From the human T2T-CHM13v2.0 reference genome, Homo sapiens: a stretch of DNA of 64,000 nt. This document shows, piece after piece, positions 43,201-55,562 of the stretch. The notes beneath the pieces were generated by a model. That model saw only the letters and a program-made list of their open reading frames with translations, did not search any database and was not told the DNA's origin. Position 1 is the first letter of the stretch. Every line of letters begins with the position of its first letter. Location of the stretch: NCBI RefSeq assembly GCF_009914755.1, contig NC_060931.1; one strand, 5' to 3'. Position numbers and translations under genes: made by a program.

Positions 43201-44872
43201 TTTCTGGGCTGAGCTCACTCTTTCTTTAACAGATTAATTTAGATGTAGAAACTCTTTCAAACTTCACCTTGATTTGTATCTTTAAGTGAGAGGGGAGTTT
43301 TCATTCATTAGTTAATGTGCACATTAATGAGATAATTTGTGGGTTTTATTATTTCTTCAAAGACATTAAACTTCTCAAGGGAAAACATTTCATGGAAACA
43401 ACATGCATTCTTGTTATTAAAATTTTCATTTTAATCTCGATAAATAATACTTCATATGTAGCTTCATTTATTAGGATTTTAATCAGCTTTTAAGTTCAAA
43501 TCCTTTATGACACTAAAGGATGAGTTATCTAAACCTACCCAGAAATCATTTTATTTATCAAGGGCGTTTCTATAATCCCATAAGACAAAACGAAGGAAGT
43601 GAGCATGAAGAAGCAAGAAATCTAAAATATTAATCATATTGCATTTTAAAATGTTCTTTGCAGCCTCTTTTTTAGGTGTAAATTGGATGTTTAGGCTTAG
43701 TTTTGGTTTTCTACAGTAGACCAAACAGTGCTAACCTGTGTTAAACTGAATCAACTAATAACTTCTAAGAGGTATGCTGGAAAACAAGTGGAAGTGAAAT
43801 AATATCATGACCTGACGTCTTAACATCAGTTAAAATAAAAGGAAAATAAAATTAAGCAAGGGGAAAAAAAGCAAGCAAAAAAACAAAAAAAGCACAGAAT
43901 GGTTATGATTACAAAAATAATCACCACACAAAAACAGGTCACATGAAGGAAAATTATTCTCAATAAGAATAAGCCTCATTACTTAGGAATCCTTGATACA
44001 GTGTCCTCTAAAATTTTCTCCATGGACAGTAGTGCTTAATTTTTTTTAAGTATCATCACATCCTTCATGTGATGTCACTAAGGCCATTTAAAAATCTGTT
44101 TCCACAATCTTTCCCTAACAGTCCCAACTTTCCAACTTTAACATACTTATATAAACACAACTACTAGTATTATTTTAAAATGCATAATTTTAACCATATT
44201 CCACTGCTGCAGACAATTGCAATGTGCTTTCCATCAAAATCACATGAATTATACATAGGAAAAAATCTTTGATCATTACTGCCTCTCACACTTGGGAAAA
44301 GTGGAATAAAATAGATGTAGCAACAGCTCAGAGCCGATTTTCTAACAAAGCATAAAGCTTCCTCCACCATATATGGAGCAGCACTGACACCAAACAAGAA
44401 ATACAATGTCTTGCTTGCACAGCAATTCTGTGGCAAACACTATGCCAGCCATGGAATATTAAGGTTTCATAATGTCAGTGTCTACTGTCTTCCTCACATC
44501 ACTGTCATCACAGGTGAGGCAAAAGTCTCTGAATCCCCTTGGGCTTACAGCTTACTCTGCCCTGCACTGATGCATAATTTGCTTTGGTCTTGAATACATC
44601 CCTGGATAATTCTTTATTCTTGCAGAAGTCTCCCCTACACAATTGAAATTCGCCTTTAATGGTTTCCAAGAGGACAGAACTCCTCGGTTTGGTGTTTCCA
44701 AAGATGCAAAAAAACTCTAAAAATGGAGTAACTAAACACAGCATATGATAAAATTGGTGAGATTATCTGTTTTATGAATACAAAAATACAACCCCAAATT
44801 TTCCTAGAAGACTTTCGTAAATATTCAGTAATCTAAAATGTTGTAAATTGATTGTCCAGACACACACAAAAT

Positions 44873-44873
44873 G

Positions 44874-44925
<52 letters not shown>

Positions 44926-44932
44926 ACACACA
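44873..44932. repeat. (CT)n(CA)n compound microsatellite
   Basis: Directly visible. Confidence 0.95.
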
Positions 44933-46471
44933 GAATTTAGAAAACTGGTTAGTTTTGTAAAATTCACTTTAAAGGGAAGATTGCCAATTCTCCATTTTGA
45001 TCTAGGAGAAACTGGTAACATTAAAGATACATGTATGTTATGGTTTCTTATAAAAGTCATGGTATCTTCACCTTCTGGCGTAACATAAACTATTGATTTA
45101 TATTTAAACATTCTTTCAATGATAGTTTGTAGTTTATTATAAGCATTTAACTTAAATTTTTTCTATATGACTTCATAGTTATCAGTGACCTCACCTCATT
45201 AAAGGTCTGACATTCTATTGTCTATGTATAGAGATCATTTGTATTCTGTCATAATAATCCCTTCATAGACCTAAACCTCTGTGTCCAAGTATCCTAATAA
45301 ATTGCTAGGTTTTTTAAAAGACACCAAAGAATATTCATTTATTTTATAAATGCCTCATGTTTATTGTAGAAAAAAAACTAGAAAATACTGATAAGCAAAA
45401 TAAGCAAATACTCTATAGCCCGCTCAGTTAATATCTTAAGTACTGTCTTTGCATATATAGATATGTATATATCTATATATATATCTTTATATATTTATGC
45501 ATATGTAGAGATACTAATATATACATTTAATTTATACATATCACATTAAAAATATACTTGTGCACCTGTTCTTGCTCATATGATAGCAGAAAGTGAATGT
45601 AGTTCATCTCAATAAATATCTGGCACCATAAACAGATCATATTTCATTAACCAATCTACTATTATTTGAGAACTGAACATCTAAGAAACATCATAGAACA
45701 TTTTTGGAAGTGCATGAGAAGCATTTAATTTTAATAAATACTTTATGAGCATAAATGGGACAAAGCCTCTTCTTTAAGCCCTGTCTGATCTGTGAGTGTA
45801 TGAGTGTAGGTGTATGTGTTTGTTTGCAGAGTAGGGAGAATGTTGAAGGGTAGGGGGCTAAGAGAAGAAACTTTCTTCTTTGATCAGCTCACAAATGGTT
45901 GAGATACCTATAGAAGTTCACCCAATAGCTAGTTGTTCTGTAAAAGTGTTTTACACTTAAAAGCAGGAATATTCAGATCATTCTGAACTTTATGAAAATA
46001 AAAAACTATATTTGGCTGATGATATAGACATAGGCATGGGTGTGAGTGAGATGGAATTTAGGGGTCCTTTTGGTTAAATTCTGTCAGTATTGTATATCAA
46101 CATATTATTCATTCTTACCTCTCTCCCCACCATCACCCCACAAATACACACTTAAAGAAGACACCCCATATCTAGGGTCTTCTTCCACTTCTCCAGGTCC
46201 ATTGCTTATCCACCAGTCTCCAGCTTTGAGAAGAAGGGAGGTCAAAATGTGCTGGACAGAGTCCAAGTAGAAGTCTTCAGACTGTCAGCCATATTAGCTA
46301 GCTTTCTACTTTTCTAGGTCTTTTGGGGATTTTAAAATAGAAATTTTGATTATGAAGTGGGGAAATACAATTACAGTAAGTAATGTATTTGACAGTAAAA
46401 GCTTTACCAATATTCTTTCTATTGTATTTAACACAGATGTATGGCTCTGGAAATGAAAATAGAAAGACCCA

Positions 46472-46794
<323 letters not shown>

Positions 46795-48079
46795 TCACAA
46801 GACCCACTGAGGTCTGTCCAAAGTAAATCTAAGCATGCATTGCTGAATCAGCTAGTGCTTTATCATGAAAACACAGGCTTGTTTTGATTTGATGACATCA
46901 GGTTGACAAAGTCATTTTTTAAATATTTTAACTACAAGGAAAGAGCCTCCATAATAATTTTTATCCAGTTTTTAAATTTTCCTTAAAACAAATTAAACTG
47001 GTAATGTTTTAACATTATCAATTCACTATTCAGTAAACCCAAAATTTGGAAAGAAAAAAATACTGTACCACAAACAAATGTGAATTCTATGAAATACTGA
47101 AATCTGGGCAGGGGACGGGCGAAGTCCCTTAGCCTTCCTAACAAAAACTTTAATATCTGATTAGAACAAGCCAAGTTATCCCTATTTTAGGGAAATGAAA
47201 CCAGGAAATAACACAAATGCCAGGACTAAGCAATAGGCATTAAACAGCCAGTTATACTGCCACCTATCTACCACCTTTAAAACACTGGGCATGCCAAGCA
47301 CAGAACATCTGCAGATATTACAGAGGCTCCAGTGGTAACTCTACTGGAGATTTTAAGTTGCCATAGGTCACAACTATGTGTATAAATAATAACAATAATA
47401 ACCATAATAAAATGATAATAATAAAGTACTTCATGCATAAGGTTAATGATGCCCATTCAGCAATCAGGCATTCACTTTGACTGTTTTTTCTAAATTGTTG
47501 GAAGATTTCCATAGATCCATTCATGTCTCTGTGACGGTTCTTTTCCCTAGGCCCTCTTTTTGGAAGACTGATCATTGGAGATGAAGGCCCTTCTGCTGAC
47601 CTGAGAAGAGAGGACAGCTCTTTAACCCACACAGAAACTACAACCAGGGGTGACCCCATTTGAACTGTGCTGTTGATTTTCCCAAGCACATTGTTTCATA
47701 GTCATTTAAAAGAGGATTTTAATAATCATGAAAATATGAAAGAGAATATTAAAATCCAAGAGTTTTCTTATTCATAGGCTAATACTTTGAAGAACAAAGT
47801 GATTTATTTTCAGACAACTGAAAGTAACCTTGCAAACCCAAGTAATATTTTTCTTGCACCTATTGCCAATTGAAGAATAATTTTTCCATACTTTGAGCAC
47901 AACACAGAATGCAGCTGCATCTCAAATTATAAAACAGAGCATTGATGCAGTAGATCAAAATCCTGCTATAGTACCATTGGGGAAGAATAGATGGTTCTTT
48001 GGACACAGTGATCAACAAACACCTATCCTAAACATGCTCTAATGAGAGAAAGGCCAAAAAAAAAAAAATGCCCTCTTGC

Positions 48080-48374
48080 AGCTGGGCGCGGTGGCTCACG
48101 CCTCTAATCCCAGCACTTTGGGAGGCCGAGGCGGGCGGATCATGAGGTCAGAAGATCGAGACCATCCTGGCTAATACGGTGAAACCCTGTCTCTACTAAA
48201 AATACAAAAAATTAGCTGGGCGTGGTGGCAGGCATCTGTAGTCCCAGCTACTCAGGAGGCTGAGGCAGGAGAATGGCGTAACCTGGAAAGCGGAGTTTGC
48301 AGTGAGCTGAGATCGCGCCACTGCACTCCAGCCTGGGTGACAGAGTGAGACTCCATCTCAAAAAAAAAAAAAAA
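48080..48374 (+). mobile_element. AluY
   Basis: 'gatcgagaccatcctggctaatacggtg', 'gagaatggcgt'; TSD AAAATGCCCTCTT. Confidence 0.95.
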
Positions 48375-48399
48375 TGCCCTCTTAAAATTCAACATAGAT

Positions 48400-48745
48400 G
48401 TTTTCCCAAGGTGTCATGGGAGCACAAAGGAGGAGCACCATACTCAGTAGATGTAACCGGGGTAAAAGACACTAGGAAATACTTCAAAGAGACAGTTACT
48501 CTAGAGTTGAGTCTTAAGGAATAAATGTTGGCTAGGCATTCAAGGAATATAATTAGTCAAAGGATTCTGGGTACATGGACTTGTAGAAAAAAAGACTTAG
48601 GATAAAATAAAAAGCACACAATAATCCGGGAATGGAATTCTTTGCAGGATCATTTGGCTTGGTTAAAAAGCAAATGTAGGGAACAAACAAAATGAGGCTG
48701 AAAAGGTGTTCCAGAACCAGATTATGAAAGATCATTTTGACTGGC
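48400..48745 (-). mobile_element. L2 fragment
   Basis: 'catgggagcacaaaggaggagcac...gagttgagtcttaaggaataa...accagattatgaaag'. Confidence 0.6.
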
Positions 48746-49148
48746 TAAAGAAAGACATTTCCTTGGTTCTTAACTTCTTCATATGTTAGCATTATCTTTA
48801 ACACATCATGTTCAGCATTGCTAACCTCATAGTTACAAAATGGTTGGAAATAAACCTGAAATCATCCTTTTCATCCGTCCAGTGGGAGAATAAGGGTCAT
48901 ATTCTCACAACCATCAAACAATAATACTGAACCCACCTATTAAAATACCCTTGATGTGATCTCTATAATCATGCACGCATGTTGTGCTGATTGGCTTAGA
49001 CAGATTTTATCTCAGTCCTGAACCAATCAGAACCTATCCCTGAAGCTGGGCCTAGGATCAATCCTACATAATCCTATCTACATTTTATGACAGTTACAGT
49101 ATGAGAGTTTTGAGAAGGGGGGAAATAGGAAAATGATTGGTGAGTAGG

Positions 49149-49520
49149 TGTCTTAGTCCATTTTCTGCTGCTATATTAGAAAACCATGGACTGGGTAATT
49201 TATAAAGAACAGAAGTTTATTTGGCACACAGTTTTGGAGACTGTCAAGTCCCAGAGCATGGTGCTAGCACCAGCGAGGGTCTTCCCATGGTGAAGGCAGA
49301 AGCAAGCAAGTAAACAGAGAGAGGCACCAGTGGCAGGATTTGTAATAACCCACTCCCATGATAACTAACCCATTCCTGAGACATTGACATTAATCCATTC
49401 ATGAGGTCTCCACCCTCATTGCCCAATCACCTCTTATTAGGCTCCACCTCCCAACAGTGCTACATTGGGAATTAAGTTTCAAACATAAGAACTTTTGGGG
49501 AATACATTCAAACCACAGTA
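49149..49520 (-). mobile_element. MST-type (MSTB-like) MaLR solo LTR
   Basis: 'tgtcttagtccattttctgctgctata...gactgggtaatttataaagaacagaagtttatttggc...cattcaaaccacagta'; TSD GTAGG/GTAAG. Confidence 0.9.
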
Positions 49521-50589
49521 GTAAGTAATGGGCAAAACTGTCTCTACTGCTCTTCTGCAATTCTCCTGCATTTTAAGGAAGCTTTATAATACTACGTGGA
49601 GAGAGAAAAGCATAATCCTATAAAAATAAATTCTCATTGTAGGAAAGCATTTTTGTTTCTTAAATAACATATAAAATCTTATATAATTTCCTGTGGATAT
49701 ATCCTGAAATATCCTTTTAACTTCATCACATAAGTAGGTACATACAGGCAATTCTTAGGGATCTGCACCTAGTGGCTTTAATTATCTTTTCTCTGAGGAG
49801 ATTCACTATTCTAGTAGGAGTCTAAGCTTCTATTGTTATTGCTTAAGCAATAATTTTATGTGTTAGCTCTCAAATTTTAACAAATACCAACTTCTAACAT
49901 CATAATATAGTAACTTTATTTTAATTTAATTTCTTACTTAGCATTTTGCTTTTAGTACATAGCATTCTTCCAAGAAATTAAATAATGGCCCTTTTGTCTG
50001 TTCTTCTTTTCTTGAAAAGATTTCACAAGAGTTCTGGTTTACTGGTAATTTCAAATACCTGTCACATGAAATAATTGCTTTCTATCACTAGCATTTTTCC
50101 CAGACTATCAGCAATCAAAAATCACTTACAGTTTGCCACAAGAATATCTCAGGACTTGATTTGTATCATTTTTAATAACCTTTTCCCATATATTTTCAAA
50201 AATTAGAGAGTCTGTTGTACATATTTATCTATTTATTTGAATAAATAAAGCCAAAAACTATAAGAAGCAGTCATATGACACATAACAAGTCAGATATCTG
50301 TATCTGTATTCAAAAATCTTCTTTAAGCAAGGGAACATAATAATGAATGCTGTTCTCATACTCTCCTGTATCTCCCATCTCTCAACGCCATGATGTAATA
50401 AGAAGTTACTGAACAGTATTAAAGCCAGAAATCACCTGCTTCTGCCACTTGTATAATTTCCACATTTTTAAAAAGCCTGTAAAATGATCAATTCACTACC
50501 ACCTAAAATAGGTTGCTGCTGTGATATCTGAAAACAGAGATTTTAAATCCTGTACTAAGAACAATCACAAAAAGAGACACAAAACTATG

Positions 50590-50720
50590 TTTTGGGTACT
50601 GGAAATTATCTATATCTTGATAGGAATTTGTTATACATTGCTGTAGGCTTCTGTCGAAACTCACTGAATTTCAAACTTAAGATTTGTGCATTTCATTGTA
50701 CATTCATGGTACCTCAAAGG
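50590..50720 (+). mobile_element. Old L1M 3' end fragment
   Basis: 'tctatatcttgatagg...tgtcgaaactcactgaa...acttaagatttgtgcatttcattgta...tacctcaa'. Confidence 0.7.
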
Positions 50721-51432
50721 AAATATTTACATACACACATATATAAAATAATTTAAGAGTACAATGTATTATCATTGTGCTGTGACAACTAGATCCTTGT
50801 AAAGCAATTACTCCACTGGTTATCTGCCCAAGGACAATATGGGTGTGAAAGGATTAAGCTGTAATGCTTTTTTCCGTTGCTTTTCTAGGTATGTAAGTGA
50901 TTTGATGTTATTATGCCCTCTGTTCTTTTCATTTTCAGAGCCATACATTGAAAATCTTTTTCCAGCTTTGTGTATGCCATACATTAGATTCATTAGAATA
51001 ACTCCCAATTAGAAAATATCAAGTAGTCCATTAGTGGTTACATAGCTTGGAAGGAGCAGGAGATAGGATGCAAATCTGGACCTATCTGATGACACATCCT
51101 TAGCTTCCCATGGGCAACCTTTAACATTTTTTGTCCATAAACAGTTATGAGTCGCAGAACTACAAGGGACATGCAAGATAAAAAGCCTAGTGATTATCAC
51201 TTTATTTCTCTATGATATATGTACTTTGGAATACCCCAATCTGTGTCTTTCAAAATACAAGAGATTTCAATTTTTTATGTCATTTACTATATTTTATTTA
51301 TTAGACAATATAACAATGATTGTTTTCCAAAAACATCCTACCCTATTCTTCTTGTTTTAAAATGAGAATGCGAGTATGCTTTGCAAGGGGCAAAATAGAA
51401 ACTAAATTTCAGTAAGCTTCTTCCCTTTGCAA

Positions 51433-51640
51433 CAATAATAATAATAAACATTTATTTGAGTGCTGATGATAGGCCAAGCATTTTGCAAACTGCTTGATGT
51501 AATCCTTACAACTATGCTCTGAGGTAGTTATGCTTATAGCACTCATTTTTCCAAAGTAAAGAGAGGTGAAGTTACTTGCCTTTCAGTAACAGCTAATGAG
51601 TAGTGGAGCCAATATTTGAAAACTGGCAGGCCTGTCTGGC
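51433..51640 (-). mobile_element. MIR SINE
   Basis: 'aataataataaacatttatttgagtgct...aatccttacaactatgctctgaggtag...agaggtgaagttacttgcc'. Confidence 0.75.
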
Positions 51641-51853
51641 CTTATCACAACTATACCATCCATACTCTCTTAATTAAACATGCATTGGCTCATTTATTAA
51701 GCATATATTTATTGAATGCCCGCTGCACTCATCAGTAGAGACTTAGAGTTCCTGACCTCAAGGAGTTACAAAAATAGTAGGTGTTACACTACTAGAAAAT
51801 GTCACTGCCATTTGATAAGAACTATGCTATTTAAGCAAGAGGAGGAAACACTT

Positions 51854-52151
<298 letters not shown>

Positions 52152-53624
52152 TTAACCCAGACACAAATTGTGGTAGCTGGCAGGGTGGATTGAGGGAGAG
52201 ATAAGAGAGGCTAAAACATACGAAGGTTCTGTGGAGAAAGCCCAATTTTAAAGAATGAGAAGTTAACCAGCTGAGGAATAAAATTAAGGGTGTCCAAAGG
52301 TCAGGGCACAAAGTGAACATTCAGGGAAATGGAAGTGTGAGTGGATTATAGAGAGGAATGGCTGGAGAAGAAGGGCTTATACTGGATTTGACTTTCAAAA
52401 TAATTTGGATTTCATAACAAAGAGAATGAGAAACCATTACAGAATTTGGGATAGAAAAAGTGATAAGTTTTGAATCTGAAAAAGATGATTGGCAGTAGTA
52501 TGGAAAATGAATCAAATCACAGGGCTGTGAGAATCTAAAGCAAGAAGACAGAAACACAGACCAGAAATGATAAGCGCATCATGTGAGGCAGGCATAGGGC
52601 CATGGCCAGACTTCTACATTTTACTGAAAAGGAGATCCATGAAGAGAGAAAGGAACTTTGTAATTAAGGTATTGTCATACTGCATGTATCACACAATGTT
52701 CAAGAACTTTCATCAAGGGCATGATGAGAAAAACTGGCTCTGGAAGATGGTTTCAGGTTACAAGGAAATCTAAAAGATACCAATAAATATTTTGATACAC
52801 AAAAGTAAGATAAACTAAAAGAATCTGAGAAGTCTTAAGATACCGGCATACAAAATAAATGAACATTAATGTTAATGATCTTTCATGTTAAATTCTTATA
52901 TAACTTTTTGTTTAATAAATGTCATGGTCCTATATAATGTGTTTTTATGATATTACATGATTTTTACACTAGAAATAATGTATATATGGTCTTTATTCTC
53001 CAGAAACTTGCAAGGTCTCAGAGCAGATTACCTGAAGCTACTGAACCTTGAATTTAGTATGTTCCCACATGGCTAAGAAACATGAGGTCAAAATATTTTT
53101 TAGATGGCAGATTTTTTTTGGAAAGAAATAAACTCTTTTGTTTTCTTGACAACACTGTTTGATGAATAGCTTTACCCTCCCCTAGATTCTGTGCTTGAGG
53201 AGTGTTTCTATTCCAACTTAAAAACAAAGCATTAAAAGTTGATGCTACCAATAGATTACTCATCTAATCTCTGATTTACCGAAAATAAATAGTAAACATA
53301 TTTTTGCTTCACTACATACTAAATAGGGTGCCATCGAATTATACATCATTAAAAGTTTTAAAAGATCACATCTTCCCTTACCCCAATCCATCTCCGCAAT
53401 TTGGTTAATTCTTTTTCTGTCCTTTCAAAAATAAATATAAAACAAACAAAATAACTTAACTTTCAGCATAAATCCTGTGTTTTCCCGAATGTGCTTAGTA
53501 GGAAAAAAAAAGTATACTACCATATGTTTGTAATTGTAGGGAGAAGGAACCATAAAAGGTTACTTGTTTTCATATACCTTTTATTGGTTCACTTTGCTTT
53601 AAACCTTTCTTTGTTTTGCTCTAT

Positions 53625-53785
53625 TATTTTTTCTTCCAGCTTCACTGATGTATAACTGATAAGTAAAAACTGTACATATTCAAGGTGTATATTATGATTT
53701 AATATATATATATTATGTAATGATTATGACACTTTAATTAATACATCCATCATCACATATGGTTACTATTAGCAGCTTTTAAGTG
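53625..53785 (-). mobile_element. L1MA 3' end fragment
   Basis: 'cagcttcactgatgtataactgataagtaaaaactgtacatattcaaggtgta...acatccatcatcacatatggttac'. Confidence 0.8.
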
Positions 53786-54259
53786 TCACCCTATTATTTC
53801 TGTTCCTAATTCTTAAGCGTCGTTTTGGTGGAAACTCCTAGTGGTAGGAGGAAGAAATAAAAGCATTTACATCCCTTTAGGTTGTGTGGCCTTTCTTTGC
53901 CTAAATAAGCATATCATTTTCTGAGTTAGCAATATGGTATCAGTTATATGTTTTGAAGCAATAATCATCAAAAGTATGACATTTTATGCAACACTGTTGA
54001 TACATATAATCTTCTGCTATCATTCATCTTTTTGCTCTAACATAGGTAGGGAAAGTCTAAAGGCACAGGTTGTGAGAGAAAGTGGCTTCAAAAGATCTCA
54101 TAGGGTACAGTTCATTACCTTGTTTAATTACCCACATTCCAGAGCCAGTCTTTCACCTTTACAAACTTAGATTCTGGTTTCATCAGTACTCTTGGAGTGG
54201 ACATCTCCCAGATGTAGATATAAAATGTATTCATTTATTGCCTTTAGAAAAAAATCCAA

Positions 54260-54700
54260 ACTCACAGATCTGCAAGGTTCTAGTCAGTCTGATCTTTCCC
54301 TAGCTATTCGGCTTCATCTTATGCTGGTGTCCTTTAGGTACTCAAATCCTAACCTGTTCTGACCATTTGGATTTCTCTGCTTGAAAAACTGTTTTCCCCT
54401 CACTTGCTAAACAAAAGTTCCAAGCCTTTCATATCTAGCTCAAATGTCACCTCCCGACCACCCACACTAAACTGCTCCTTCCCTCTTCCACTAGTTCTCT
54501 GCATCTTATCACTATGTTCATTTCCTCCACTGTGTTTTTCCCAATGTGAGTGCATCTTGTCTGTCTCACTACTCTAGAATACAGGCTTTTTGAGGACAAG
54601 CAACATGTCTGTCTGTTCTTTGACGTATGTATCCCCAGAGTACATAATAAAGCTAGCTCCAAAGGTGAGCACTTTATAAATATGTCATGTGAGAAAGAAT
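54260..54700 (+). mobile_element. L2 3' region
   Basis: 'catatctagctcaaatgtcacctcc...ctagaatacaggctttttgaggacaag...gtatccccagag'. Confidence 0.7.
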
Positions 54701-55238
54701 TAACTCAGTTAATAATTGGTATACCAACACAGTTGGCATAACAGAAACTGTCAATTATTTACAAGAAAATTCTTTCCCTTAATTTTCATAGATGGCATAC
54801 TCTATACATTATCTGCCTGCAGGCAGAACTTCTTTAAAAGCCCAATGATAAAAAGAAAATTGTTTTTGAGCCTGGAATTAGAACAAGAGGCCTTAGATTG
54901 ACATAAGAATTAATGGGAACAATCAGAATATACTGATACATCCAGGAACCTAAAAGTCAAAGACTGATAACTAAATACTTTCTTTAGAGGTAATGCTTGA
55001 TTGCTCACTGGCAATCTTCTATGATGTCCCTTCTTTCCTTGTTTGAATTACTGACCAACTGCCCTACAGCTTACTACTTTCATGCCCTAAGTAAGTTAAT
55101 ACATTCAGTCAAGTTACTGAAATAGTCATTCTGGGTTAATTAGGATCATGTTTCCACCTTCCAGTGTGTGTATGTGCCTGTGCCTGTGCAAGTACACACA
55201 CTGAGTGACAGAAGCCATGAACTAAAGTTTGACTATCA

Positions 55239-55562
55239 GGCCGGGTGCAGTGGCTCACACCTGTAATCCCAGCATTTTGAGAGGCCAAGGCAGACGGATC
55301 ACTTGAAGTCAGGAGTTCGAGACTAGCCTGGCCAACATGGTGAAACCCCATCTCTTAAAAAAGAAAAACAAATAGCCAGGCGTGGAGGTGGGTGCCTATA
55401 TAATAGCCGGGCATGGCGGTGGGGCGTGGCGGGAGGCTGAGGTGGGAGAATTGCTTGAACCTTGGAGGCGGAGGTTGCAGTGAGCTGAGATTGTACTACT
55501 GTACTACAGCCTGGGTGACAGAGTAAGACTCCATCTCAAAAAAATCAAATAAAATTAAATAA
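55239..55562 (+). mobile_element. AluS with rearranged right-arm start
   Basis: Alu dimer; TSD AAAGTTTGACTATCAG; internal duplication at 55371-55432. Confidence 0.95.

Noticed and set aside
45452-45500. Near-palindromic AT-rich tract
   Set aside because: Low-complexity (TA)n derivative whose self-complementarity is trivial.
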